Origin: the human T2T-CHM13v2.0 reference genome, Homo sapiens
Direction: 5' to 3' (one strand)
NCBI RefSeq assembly: GCF_009914755.1
Contig: NC_060925.1
DNA length: 64,000 nucleotides
The position numbers and the translations under genes were made by a program. This document shows, one piece after another, positions 14,906 through 29,997 of the stretch. Positions within the stretch are counted from its first letter, which is position 1, and each line of letters begins with the position of its first letter. The notes beneath the pieces are model-generated. The model was given only the letters and a program-made list of their open reading frames with translations. It was not told the DNA's origin and did not search any database.

Positions 14906-15989
14906 GGACACTGATATTAGTATGTGGGTGTTTATTGGTTTATTGTTATTTATCACATCAAAAAACACATAGAAACACCCTAAAAGTTCATCAATAAATG
15001 AACTGGTGAGAGTTTATTGTCCATATAATAGAGTATGATACTATTATGTAGTTGATCAAAGTAATGTTCATATGCACATTTATTTAAATGGAAAACAAAA
15101 ATACGGAAAAGTATCACAGGATCACATTTTTTGTTATATATATATCTTACAAAAATATATGTAAAAGTATTGTGTGTGTGTGTTTACAACATTTCTGGAC
15201 AAGATTGTAGTGATGAGGCCATTATTGAGTAATGAAATTACTGTTATTTGTTTTTCTTGTGCCTTTATTTTCCAACTTTCTAAATGAAAATGTGCTGAAT
15301 ACAAATAAATAATAATGTAAGATAAAGTAAAAATAAATTTTCATTTAAGGTATTTCTTAAAAAGGGGGGTGAGGAAGGGTATTTAGAGTAAACCAAATCT
15401 GGAACTGGACTCTGCTCTGACGGCGTGACCTTTGCCAAGTTACTTCACCTCCTTAACCCTCAGTTTCCTGACTTACTCAATGGGCACAATAAATTCTACT
15501 ACATAAGGTTATCCTGAGTTAGTTTTCCCATTTCCATCCAGCTAATAAAAGCTTCTTGCTGCACTCTCTCTCCTGAGCCTTCTCCCTTCTCTGATCCCCT
15601 TAACAAAGTGGTTCGAAGCAATCATTTAGCATCACCTGTTATTACTACCTGCTTAGTGACTAGACGCCCACTTATTTGCAAAAGCCCTGCATTTTCTGGA
15701 ATTAGCCTGCTATTCCGTGTTTTCCACTTAGATTCACTCAGAACCTGGTCCATAAGGAGACGTATGCACTTTTGCATACACAGAATACACTCAGGAATAC
15801 TTCTGTGTTTTCGTACCTCGGTGTAAGATGCTGAGCCCACGGCTGGGGATCTCGTGTGACGAATGTCTGCAAATGTTTGAGTAAGGAGATGACTTGGGGA
15901 GGAAAAGGGCTGGGCTATTTGGTGGAAATCTGAATTTAGATGAAGAGGCTTGACCATAATTGGGAAGTTCTTTTGCTAGCAGTTGGGCA

Positions 15990-16540
15990 ACTCACCAATA
16001 TGAAGAAAGCTCTTGAGTGGGACGATGGGAAGGCCCGAGCATAGCTTCTTTTGGGGAAGTTATCCGGGTAGCCAGGCCTGGGACGCTCCCCGCGCTCCGC
16101 CCTCACTTCTCTCTTCCCCCAAAAACAGGCATTGAGAGGCTCTTACTGCCCTCACGTGGCCCCTTCTGGAACTGTCTTTGAGGAGACCCGCCCAGATTTA
16201 AACTGAATCACGGGGGCTGGAGAGCACACACGCAGGCTTGCCAGTTAAGCTCATCTGTCCCCACTTAAGCTTCTAGCTACCAGGAAGCCGCTCTTCGAGC
16301 CTGTTTTCAAGCCTTTTTGGCCCTTCCGTCTCTTAAGTCCATGTTGTCTGAGCAAAGACCCTTTCTCCGTTGTAAGGAATTCTAAATCCTTTCGGCTGCA
16401 GCTTTCAGCAGCGCCTGGCATCCTGGCGGATGAGAAAAAGGGGAAAAACAGCAGCCCAACTTGAGAACCAGAGCTGGGCCGTGACGCTGCTGCGGGGGAC
16501 TCTGGGTCCCGTCTTCCCCGCTTTCGAGACCTGTGGTCTT
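15990..16540 (-). promoter_or_regulatory. Candidate GC-rich promoter/enhancer with downstream 5' splice donor
   Basis: GC box ccgccc at 16097-16102, E-box tcacgtgg at 16152-16159, AP-1-like tgaatca at 16204-16210, raised CpG content; minus-strand donor TTG|GTGAGT at 15996/15995. Confidence 0.45.
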
Positions 16541-16597
16541 CAAATGTGCTCGATAGTACACTCCCTAAAAGAATTTTTGCAAAGTCCTGTTTTTCCC

Positions 16598-16911
16598 TGT
16601 TAAATCAAGTTTAGCTTAAAGCTACTCACATATTTTAAGTTCAGCCTAAAGGTTTCTCTGTGCCTGTAACCTAAAGGGAAGTGTAAATAGTCCCTCTCCC
16701 CCTTCACCCTCTCCTCTCCCGCTTTCTGTTTCTGCCTTATCTCTCTGACTCTTCTGCCTCCCTCCTCTGTTTTTAAGGGCCTGCCTGGATAACCCAGGAT
16801 AATTTGCCTGTTTTAACGTCAGCTACTTAGTCATCTAAATTCCATCTGCAAAGTCCCTTCAGAGCAGTACAAAATTAGAATCTTGAAATCTTTAGAATTC
16901 GGCCAGCCACA
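16598..16911. mobile_element. LTR fragments: MER57-like 5' piece, then an MLT1 piece
   Basis: tgttaaatcaagtttagcttaaagc...; then an MLT1-like stretch ending ttagaattcggccagccaca. Confidence 0.5.
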
Positions 16912-16989
16912 ACAACGATCAGCATTTTGCCAACCTTAGGTATCCAGGAGTTTTTGTTTTTAATTACAGTGATTTTTAAAAAACAGCTT

Positions 16990-19090
<2,101 letters not shown>

Positions 19091-19564
19091 CATGGAGCTT
19101 GATATCGTCTTTGAGTAACCAGATTTTATGGCCAGCATAAAACACTGGAAGTTTTAGCCCTAACATATGTAAGTTGTCTCTTTCAAGAAATTCACACTGG
19201 CAGGCTGTATACTGGCTCCACTGATGGTGCCAATTCCCTTCTCTGCAACAACTGAGCTCTGGACACCTCATTCCTGCAACTTCTGAGCCCCCTTCACTCT
19301 GTTCAACTCAGAGGCCATTCTCATCCCACCCAGGGGCCAGCATGAGTGGCACTGCCTGTTGGTGGCAGCTTAGAACAGACCAGGGGTCTCACTCCATAGC
19401 CAGTGCCAGGAAAGCATCTTTCTTCCTTCTGGAGGTAAAAAGAGAATTAAAACATAGCTTATCTCCAGAGCTGAATCAGAAAACTTTTTCTATTGCCTGC
19501 TTGTAGAATATATTTTCTCAATGAAAACAATATCCAAAAGGGTGGCTTGAAATCTATAATATAA

Positions 19565-19876
<312 letters not shown>

Positions 19877-20059
19877 CATTTTTAGGTAAATTACAACCCC
19901 TAAGGTTTTTTGTGGTTGAGAAACATACTAGCTCTCATAATACTGGGATAAGAGTTTCTGGGCTCCACAGGTTTTGCAGATTATTAAGTGGCTGTCTGTC
20001 TGTCTATCATGAATCAGCCTCCCAACATTAAATCTCTTCATTCAGAAAAGATAGAGGAA

Positions 20060-22098
20060 GATTTTCTTTTTTTAAAAAAGTTTATTTTCCACACTATTTG
20101 TACAGCTGTAAACTCAAGGAATCATCCAATACTTGTACAAATCTGGGAGAACAGTTAATAAGCACCTTCAGTGGTTTCCACAGTTTAAGAATTTACCATT
20201 AAAAAATTTTAGAATAAATCTAATAAAATGAATAAAATAGTTATAAAAATCATACAAAATCATGATGAACATTTGATATAGAGGGTTTAATATGAAACGA
20301 TAAATACAAAAAGTGAGACTAATTTATGGATTTGGGCTACGTAAAAGACCTACATGGTCCTCGAATCTTGTGATTCTTGGGGCTATATTTGCCTCTCAAG
20401 ACAAACTCCAATTATTCAAGGAAGACTTTCTTTCAATTCAGGTTCCAATGTACTGCAGAAGCAAGTGAGGACAAAGTCAGGAGAAGGTGGGGCAGAGAGG
20501 CTGAGTGTACTGGGGTTTGAGGAAAAGAGGAGAGACTCTTTTCCCCAAAGAGAGTATCAGGCAAATTCTTCCATGTTCTCAAGTATAAGTGGTCTTTGGC
20601 AAAATGTACCATTTTCTTTTTGGAGTTACTTAAGAGTTTTACTTATTGCTGTTCTTAAATTCCTTCCCCTACCACTTCCTCTTGGGCTTTTTTATTTCTC
20701 TTGTTGATCAATCTCTTTTTTGTGATACTTTTCATTGAATCATCTCGATTCCTTTATCCCATCCTTTACTGACTCAAACTCCTTATGCTGAACTTTTCAA
20801 TCCAAAATTTCTATTGTTTTAGGACGCTGGGAAGCAGTTGATAAAAAGATAACACGAGCTACTGATATGGTCAGGAGATGTTTTCTAAACAAATTGTAGA
20901 AATATAAACATGAAATGTGGCAATGATCCCTTTAATTAGATCATTGAGCAATAAAGGATATGAACCATTAGTATAAATATTCAATTCAGTCTTTCCGGAT
21001 TGTGTTGTTAGATAAGAATACATCCAAAAAGGGCCACAGATCGAGGGAGAAACCAAGGAGGGGTGAGGTCATGGTTGAGTGTAAATTGGTTCTGTCATGT
21101 GGAGGCCGGAGGTGAGGGACTGTGGTGGGACATCATCTGGTGCCAGCCCCATCCTGTACCTCAGATAGGTCTCCGTGAAAAGGAGGGACATCAGTGCCAG
21201 CAGTGGGGCTAAAGACCAGCACAGCAACAGAGACTAGAACCTTGGATGCAAGTATTTTGGGCAAAGAGGAATAATTAGTAATCTTTGGTATAATTTAAGG
21301 CACATCAAAAAAATCCCCTATTCTCAAATATCTGACCTACACCTTGAAATTCCTACCATTGGACATTCTTTTGATTTAAGCCTTTAACTAACAAATGCCA
21401 ATATCCTACTGCTCAAATATTGACATTCTATCTGGGAGGGGCTGCTCATTATCATCCACCAAATGCCCATAGATCTCTAGGACAGGGTAGGTTTTGATGA
21501 AAAAGCAGCGCATGAATATTATAATGGGGGTCTTAGACAAGATGATGATGGTGAGGAACTGAGGAGTAAAACTATAGGACTATAATAAAGAAGAAATTCA
21601 GAGCACCAAAACAAAACATTAAGGAATGCTAATTTCCTCCTTAACTCCCAACTTTTCCTAGTCAGGCCCCAGCTCATAGGTCAAGGAGCTGACAGGACGG
21701 TGGGTACCTCAAAGCGAGGCTGAGCTCATAAGGCCACAGGGAAGGGTGCAACTCAAATTTGGGAGGTTCTGTTCACCACTGGGGGGCTAGTATTGGGAAA
21801 AGGTCCTAGGACACTGGGATGGGCATGTAATCCTCACTCAGGGGTGTATAAGTCTGTCTGAGGGTTGGGGGTAGGGGTGGAGGGTTCTGTCCTTGTGTAG
21901 GGGTGGAGACTTTTCTATTAGAGAAGTCCAGGGTGCATGTTTTGGGGAACAGTGAGGGAAAAGTTGTTGGGGCTCAGGCTGGGCTGGGTCTGGGCCTAGT
22001 GGCCACTCAGCCAGAGGACACTTTTCAATCTGGACCAAGTTGCTTCAAGTAGAGTGTTGCTGTGAAATACTTGGAAAGGAAATAAGGCACTCTTGTCT
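20060..22098 (-). other. NID1: NID1 3' UTR (~2 kb; end approximate)
   Basis: Unique-looking stretch between the stop codon and an AATAAA at 20086-20081, AU-rich at its distal end. Confidence 0.8.
20081..20086 (-). terminator. NID1: Polyadenylation signal AATAAA of NID1 (distal)
   Basis: tttatt on the plus strand, about 2 kb after the stop codon. Confidence 0.75.
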
Positions 22099-22220
22099 TC
22101 ATTTCCGTTCGATACAGTCAACTCCCAAGGTGTTGTCAGGGCAACGGCAGGTCCTGCTCCCTGGGGTGGCCAAGCATAGGTGGGTGCAGCCGCCATTGTT
22201 CACTGAGCAGTAGTTATGGC
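22099..22220 (-). CDS. NID1: NID1 last coding exon (~exon 20), C-terminal EGF-like domain and stop
   Basis: (G)[39 protein letters not shown] then TGA at 22101-22099; acceptor tccag. Confidence 0.97.
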
Positions 22221-22639
22221 CTGGAAAAGGCAGAAATCAGTTCAATAGCCCTCTCTCTGATCTGACTCCATAGCCATTTAAGATAGTGGGCTCCTTCTTG
22301 TGTGTGATCCCCCTTTTAGTTTCCTTGAAGCCATGCTAGGAAGGCTTCAGGAGAATGGGGACACTGTGCTAGGCAGTCAGCTGAGCTGATCCATTGTTTG
22401 TTTTATCAGCATTAAACCAGACACAAACACTGATTCCCAACTTGGGGGTTATGCAGATTTTCTACTAAGGCTATTAAACAGATCTCAGGGGGAAGTTCTC
22501 CAGCTCTGATTATAACATAGAATTGGAATTTTAAAGTGCAAAGTTCTTTTTATGTAGCTTGCACTCCTAGCTTCACACTGACAGAAGAAGATGAGGGAAG
22601 CTGAGAAGGAAAGTGGGTGAGGGGAGAGGCCTTCAAGAG

Positions 22640-22870
22640 GCAGCATAGCATAGACTCCAGGGCCAGGCTGCCTGGACTTGCCCCTGTGAGCTGTGTGACT
22701 TGGAGCAAGTTGCTTCAGTTTGCTTATTTATGAAATGAACATAATAATAGTACCTACCTCACAGGGTTGCTATGAGGATTACATGAACTAACAAATACAA
22801 AGTATTTAGAACTCTAAGTGAGTTGATATATGTAAAGTTCATAGCTCACAGTAAGTGCCACACATATGTT
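22640..22870 (+). mobile_element. MIR
   Basis: gctgtgtgacttggagcaagtt...ataatagtacctacctcacagggttg. Confidence 0.75.
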
Positions 22871-23226
22871 TTCAATTCTTATTATTAATTATTGTTATTG
22901 CTGTTAGGCCAGATGGATGGACTTTTAAAGGAGCAGAGATCCTAACATTGTAATATCCTAACCTGACTATTTGGAACCTGAAGACCCTATGCTTTTATAT
23001 CCAGCCCAAAACTCAATGCTTTTCCTCATCCTGACAACTTCATGACCTAATATTTTCTGTTTATTTAACTGGTTCACCTGCTAATGAAGACCCTGGATGC
23101 AAAGGACTGGATCTCTCTTACGGCATAATCAAGGCTACTAGTGGCCATACGGGTAGCAGCCAGAGTGTGGGCTCTGAGCCTCCAGGTGCCCCCAGTATGC
23201 CAACAGTAACAGCACAGGAGAGTTAC

Positions 23227-23339
23227 CTTGCGGACACTGAGACAGGGCCGTGGTGATGCCATACAGCCGGGTCTGCTTGTGGGGTTGGAAAGCATCCGTC
23301 TCCTTGGAAATTGCAAGATCGAGAGCAACCACGGAATTC
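23227..23339 (-). CDS. NID1: NID1 coding exon (~exon 19)
   Basis: (M)NSVVALDLAISKETDAFQPHKQTRLYGITTALSQCPQ; acceptor tgtag, donor G|gtaact; 113 nt. Confidence 0.96.
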
Positions 23340-24053
23340 CTACAAAGCACCAAAGGGCAGAAGGTGAAAACACATCTGATGGCTTGAACTTGTATCTAAA
23401 CAAGGCAGCCTCTTTGTCATTTTGAGGATAAACTGGAGGCCATAAACAGACATGATGGCCTTCTTCCTAGACATCCCTTCCTTCCCCTGGGGTGGGCCAA
23501 GGCTGCATTTCTCTGGCTTTTTACAAAAGGGTAAAGACCAGTTAGCTCTCCCCTCCCACTCTAGATCCCAGGCAGGAAATGAGCTTTCTAGACAGATGCC
23601 CCTGGCCAGTTGTCTTCTCAGTTTAATCCCTCCTTTTGCAGGAAGGGGTAGTCAGGAAGAGGCCGTGGGAATATTGCAGTTTAACAACTATAATGAAGCA
23701 GGGACATGAAGTGGACATGGAGCCCACCGGCCACGTGACCCTGGGCCAACTCCTGGGGAAAGAACAGACGTGCTGAGGAAGTCCAGGTTTAAAGACTTGA
23801 AACCACACAGTCAGGAGCATCTGGATGATAAATGGCACCTCCTGTCCCCTAGGGCCTTGTCCTCCCTCCTTCTTCATGCTCCTCTCTTGGCTCCTGACAA
23901 CCAGAAGGATAAGGGAGAGGGGACATCTCTAGAGGGGGCATTTCTGGAGGCTCAAAAGTCAAGCCAAGAGGCCAGATGGGAAGGGCCTGGCCTCCCAGAG
24001 ACAGTGGGTGGAGGGGCAGGCCCACGCAGCCCCCATGGCTACAGCTGACGTAC

Positions 24054-24177
24054 ATCTTCCAGTCTGTGAAATACAGATTCTTCCCGTAGCTCGTCACAGC
24101 AAAAGGATACTGGAGCCCTTCGAGAGCCTTGCGTCTGCTGGGCTGACTGGGGTTCAGGCATTCCGCCCGATTGGTGC
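24054..24177 (-). CDS. NID1: NID1 coding exon (~exon 18), LDLR class B repeat
   Basis: (G)TNRAECLNPSQPSRRKALEGLQYPFAVTSYGKNLYFTDWK(M); acceptor cacag, donor AT|gtacgt; 124 nt. Confidence 0.96.
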
Positions 24178-24454
24178 CTGTGTGGAGTGGAAACAATTCA
24201 TTCATTGTTCACACAAGAAATGGCCCCTTTGTGCAAAAAAAAACAAGAGTAATGAGGGCAAGAGTGGGAGAAATTAAGCATTACAATGACAAGTCCCAGA
24301 GAACACATGAGGCTTGCTCTTAAAAACTGGCAAGTTGTCTCTTCCTCCCGTGTTGCTTCTGCTGGGGAGGCACGAGCCAGGGCAGACTAATGTAAGTTGT
24401 GAATTGCTTATCGGTATCAGGGTGACTCCAGGCTCTGTGCAGTGCCACTTACAA

Positions 24455-24681
24455 CACGAGGGTGGCCAACTTTTTCTTAAAGCACCAGATAGTAAATTAT
24501 TTCAGGTTTTGCAGGCCAGGAGGCAAAACCAAGGACAGTATGCAGGTATCTATACAATTTTGTACCAGTATATATTTAATGTACCAGATAAAACCGTAAA
24601 AACCATTCATAGCTTCTGGGTTATATAAAAACAGGTGGCTGGTTAGATTTGACCCCAGGGCCCTAGTTTGCCCACCCCTGA
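24455..24681. mobile_element. MER58-like hAT DNA transposon
   Basis: ggccaactttttcttaaagcaccagatagtaaat...tagtttgcccacccctg. Confidence 0.65.
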
Positions 24682-24728
24682 CTTAGGAGATTGAGACCCG
24701 CCCTGGACAGTGTCCAGCTTTCCATCAC

Positions 24729-24886
24729 CTGCATCCACCCAGCAGAGCTGAGATGAGAACGCATCGAAGGTCAGTCCATTGGGCAAGCCCAGGTCATCCT
24801 GCACAAGGATCCTCCGGTTCGTGCCGTCCATGTAGGAAGTTTCAATCTTGGGGTTATCTCTGTTCCAGTCTGTCCAGTAAAGGTTC
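24729..24886 (-). CDS. NID1: NID1 coding exon (~exon 17), LDLR class B repeats
   Basis: (G)[52 protein letters not shown]; long pyrimidine tract then ccag, donor G|gtgatg; 158 nt. Confidence 0.97.
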
Positions 24887-25843
24887 CTGGAGGAGGAAAA
24901 AGGGGGGAAAGAGGAAAAGAAATAATAAGGATGCATGAGAAAAAGTTTATGAAAAACACTTGAAAAGAATTACAATGAAGTGATTGGCAGACATGAAAAC
25001 AGAATGACTGAAAGGATCGAGAGGTGATAAAACACATTTTCTTTTGCAAAGATACTTGAATTTGGTTCCTCATTTGAGTTTGGTGATTCTGTTACTAACA
25101 AATTTGGTTCCCTTTAACATAACTGACATATAATATCTCAATGAAGCTGTTAGCAAAAGAAAACAAAGTAAAGGGCTATAACTGGCATAAATACATGGAA
25201 TTCCCTGCATGAGGCCCACATGGAGGAGAGCACAGCAGACCCAGGGGACCAGACTAGGACAAGAAGCAGATGTTGGCAGGGGCTGTGGTCAAAGTACCTG
25301 CCTTCAAGGAGGAGGCTGAGTGGCCACAGAATAGGAGATGTGGTCTCAAAGGGAAGGAATCAGTGTCGAGGAACTAAGAGCCTGTTGTGTAAGAGGTAGA
25401 GCTTGCAGTAAGAAGGAAGAGAAAGCATGGATGTGCCGAAGAAACACACAGGAAGGGATCTCCAGGGTGTTCAGTCTGGGTCTGCCCCTGAAAGCAGCCT
25501 CAGCAGTCCATTTATGCCGCCCTGCTACTCTTCTGGAGTTGATATAACCTGAGTGTTGATCCACATTGAAGCCATATGGAAAATATCCAATTTCTGAGCA
25601 TGCCAACTTGTAAAGTCTCCTGGCAAAAGATTTGAAAGTGGGACATGGTATCAAGTCCACACTGTAATACATGTTCTGGCATTGTAACGTGGATATCTAC
25701 AAGTCACCAAAACTGTAGACTCTTTCGTCCCGTACTCATTAATTTCAGGAGACCAATGCTGGAGTTAAAGCCTCACATCTGAGAATCTCTAAAAGGGCAG
25801 ATGCAAATCAAAGAGATGCACACACATATTTACACAAAGATAC

Positions 25844-26015
25844 CCTCTCACGGAATCCGTTACAATGCCTCTGGGATTCACCAGGTCAGTCTCAAAGAGC
25901 ACCCGGCGCTGCGTGCCGTCCAGCTTCGCCACTTCTATTCGATCCAGGTTAGAGTCTGTCCAGAAGATGTTGCGGCCAAGGTGATCAACAGCGATACCTT
26001 CTGGACTTCCAAGAT
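25844..26015 (-). CDS. NID1: NID1 coding exon (~exon 16), LDLR class B repeat
   Basis: (D)[56 protein letters not shown]; acceptor tctag, donor GG|gtatct; 172 nt. Confidence 0.96.
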
Positions 26016-27103
26016 CTAGAAGTAAACACAGAGCTCCTCTAATTTTTTTTGTTTTCTAAGCAGCTGAGATGAGGTTTCTCTGAATACTCAATGTTATTTC
26101 ACATGGTGTCCAATCCCTGCACTTTAAGAAACCAAATGGGAATGTGAAATGCTTGTTGTTTATAAGATAAACAACACTCAAAGTGACAAATTCAAAAATG
26201 CCATTTACTCACTCTGTGGGTGTCCATCATGCTGCACGTTGGGAACCAGGACAGTAACAATGACTAAGCCGAGGCCCAGTTTTCCATGAGCCCACAGCCA
26301 ACCACAGTTGAGACTGAGTTCCAGGTCCTATGGGAGCCTGGAGGAGGAACCCCAGCCTGGGGAGAACAGGGAGGGGTTCCTGGGGGAGGTGACATTGCTT
26401 GAAGCTGGCACCTGAAGGACCAATAGCAGTTTGTCAAACAAGGATCCTGGATGAGGGCTTTTTAGGTAGCGAGACTGGCACATAGGTATAAAGGAAGGCT
26501 GGATGGTGGCTTAAAGTGAACAGGATGTCATTGTATGTGGCTGGAGACTATGAGGGTGGGGGAGTGGTCAGAGATGAAGGTAGGAGGCCATGTTAATGAA
26601 CTTAGAACTTAGGCAGAGGGGAGGCAGTGGAAGATCTTAAGATAGGGAATGGAAAAATAGTTCTATCTTGTTCATTAGCTATCGGGGATAAAGGTCATTG
26701 AAATAATACTTTCAAGAAACCATAGCTGCTATTACTTTCATACAAGTATAAGGGGTACAAAGAAGGGGTGTCAGTGATTACAAATAACACCCCAGTCTTT
26801 ACTGGGTTATAGCAACTGATTTTCAAGCCAGGAGTTGCCACTGGGTAACATGAACCTTCACTGCAAACCCTCAGCACCCATCTAACTTTACTGGAAGCTG
26901 AAGATTACATTGGTGTTTTATTATATAGTTTTTTTAAATTAATAATAACGATTGTGTTTTATTGATATCACTTAGGACTCTTTCCCTTCTACTGATTAAA
27001 GGAATGAAGGTCATTTAGTATGACTGGAGTATAAGCAGGAAGGAGAAGGGGCTACCCTACCTGAGGGATCTGGGGTATGAGGCAACCATTCCAATACTGT
27101 GGG

Positions 27104-27405
27104 TTTTTTTGTTTTGTTTTGTTTTTGACAGAGTCTCATTCTGTTGCTCAGGCTGGAGTGCAGTGGTGCCATCTCAGCTCACTGCAAACCTCCACCTCCT
27201 GAGTTCAAATGATTCTTTTGCCTCAGCCTCCCGAGTAGCTGGGATTACAGGTGCGTGCCACCATGCCCGGCTAATTTTTGTATTTTTAGTAGAGACAGGG
27301 TTTCACCATGTTGGCCAGGCTGGTCTCAAACTCCTGACCTCAAGTGATCCCCCGCCTTGGCCTCCCAAAGTGTTGGGATTACAGGCATGAGCCACCACAC
27401 CTGGC
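27104..27405 (-). mobile_element. AluS
   Basis: Reverse consensus; TSD tccaatactgtg. Confidence 0.92.
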
Positions 27406-29141
27406 TCCAATACTGTGTTCTTCTGTGGACATACAAGCAGTGCAGACCCTCAGCCCCCTTTGCATTAGCCTTCGCCAGAGCCCTAATATGATGGTGACCT
27501 TGGATGCTGGACACATCAGAGCCCCCAGAAAGAAAGCCCGCCAGAGGAAGTTTATTGAGAATTAGAAACCCCACTTGAACAAGATCTTTATTATCTAAAC
27601 ACAAAGTAGAGATTTTTAAAATATTAAAATATTTCCCATGTCCCTAGATGAACAGGGACAGTGAGACTGACCTCCAAAGGTCCCTTCTGGCTTTCAGATA
27701 GAAACAGAATAAGTCATTCTGGAGTATATTTGGAATGAGCACATCCTGTGTGAGAGACAAGAGCCACTCAGATATACGCAAATAAAACAGAGAATATAGG
27801 CTGCTCTGTGAGAGCATCTTTGCGAGGCACCTGGAGGAAGCTCCATGAGCTCCATGCATATCGTCTCCTTAGAACCAGCCTTGGTCCCGATCTCAAACCC
27901 AAGAGCAACCAACCCCCTCTCCCTCAACTCAAAATACTTCTTTATGAGCTACTCTTCCAAGGGAAAGGTCTGGATAATCTTATCCTTCAATGTGCAGTCC
28001 GAGGAAGAAGTATTCCTTACTGCTTACCTCAAAGATATGATACTTTTTAGAGACACTTGGTTGGGTCTGTAACTCAAGGAAAGAAAGAAAGCCTGGGATC
28101 CGGGCTGTTATGAAATAAGGAAGAAATGAAAATGATACCTAACTGTCACTCTCACTCACTAGGGAAGCACCAACCTGTACCATGCTAAGGAGATAACTGG
28201 AAGCTTCTTTCTCTCTTAAAAAAAAAAAAAAGAAAATTATTCCCAGTGATCTTTCTTCTACAAAGATCACATTTTGGTTTAATTCTGTGTTTTCACAGTA
28301 ACTAGGCTTTTGCTTGGAATGCTTCTTACTGTGCTTACAGCGTTCTTGGATGGTTATGAGCTCCAAAAGCAACAGGAAATAGCAAACAATGACCTATTCC
28401 CCTCTTCCACTGGGTTTTAAAATGAAATCATAGATAATAACAATAACATTTTTAACACACGGAGATAGGCATTTTCAAACTGTTTTTCACTAAACCAAAG
28501 CATGAAAACTGGAAGACATGATTTAAATAGCCTGTTGGCTTCCAGAAAAGGGTTCAGGGTCTATGTCCAAAGCCAGACATAGTTAATTCAACCTCAGCTT
28601 CATTCCTGCCGCATCATCTTTACTGAAGGCAACAAAGAAGGGAAAAAATGCTTCGGGAGTTGTTCCACAGGCACAGGAAATCTTCTAGAATATCAATTGT
28701 GAGGGAAACATTCCATTGAAAATAGAAAAAACTACATTCAGTGCCAAGTAAAAAGAAATACAAAATGAGGCTGCTCTATTTTAAAGATGTATCTTTGATG
28801 TGAATATTTTGCAGAGAACGCAAGGTGACTCCACAGAACAAATATCATCAGCATGACAATGCCATAGGAGCAAAAATATTCCCAAGTCAGTTGATGAGTC
28901 GCTGAATTAAGCAACATGTAATACTTGACCATTTCAGCACAGTGGAATTTTTAGAGGCCTTTGGATTTTTGTTGTAATGGTCTTTCAACTAGATAAATCA
29001 TACCCATGTAAAACAGTCTTGATTTGTTGAAGGTAGGCATGAAAAACAATGCACAGAGTCATTGGTTGAAATTGGCATCCTTAATGAGGAATTTCCTCAA
29101 TTGAGGAATTGAGGTTGAACACTGAAAAGTAGATTGTGCCT

Positions 29142-29464
<323 letters not shown>

Positions 29465-29610
29465 TTACACACTTTATCGTAGTAATGCAACAAAAGACTG
29501 AGAAATGTTTGTGAAAGTTTGGCTTCATTTGCTGTTCTTCTCTGGCATACATGGCCACTTTGGCTGCTAGAAGCAAAACCAAAAAGGAAAAATGATATTT
29601 GCTTACTTAC

Positions 29611-29737
29611 CTTGTCTAATGATGGTGGTTGGCTCTCCACCATGTAGACTAGCTCTCCCAATGGAAGGCTCAGTGATGTCCGTCCAGTAAACCATCTTGT
29701 CCACGCAGTCAAAGGCCAGTCCAATGATGACTTTAGC
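29611..29737 (-). CDS. NID1: NID1 coding exon (~exon 15), LDLR class B (YWTD) repeat
   Basis: AKVIIGLAFDCVDKMVYWTDITEPSIGRASLHGGEPTTIIRQ; acceptor tccag, donor G|gtaagt; 127 nt. Confidence 0.97.
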
Positions 29738-29954
29738 CTGGATGTGAAGACCAGTGGTTAGAATGGTCCATCTACAAGCATCTGATAGTGAGAATCTTTT
29801 TGCGTGCCTACAGGCATTTGGATATCTTTTGTAATGAAGTGTCAAGTGTTTTGTTCATTTAAAAATTTTTATTATTGAGTTGTAGGAGTTGTTCGTATAT
29901 TTCAGAAAAAACTCCTGTCATATACACATATATGCACATCTATATGTATAGGAA

Positions 29955-29956
<2 letters not shown>

Positions 29957-29997
<41 letters not shown>

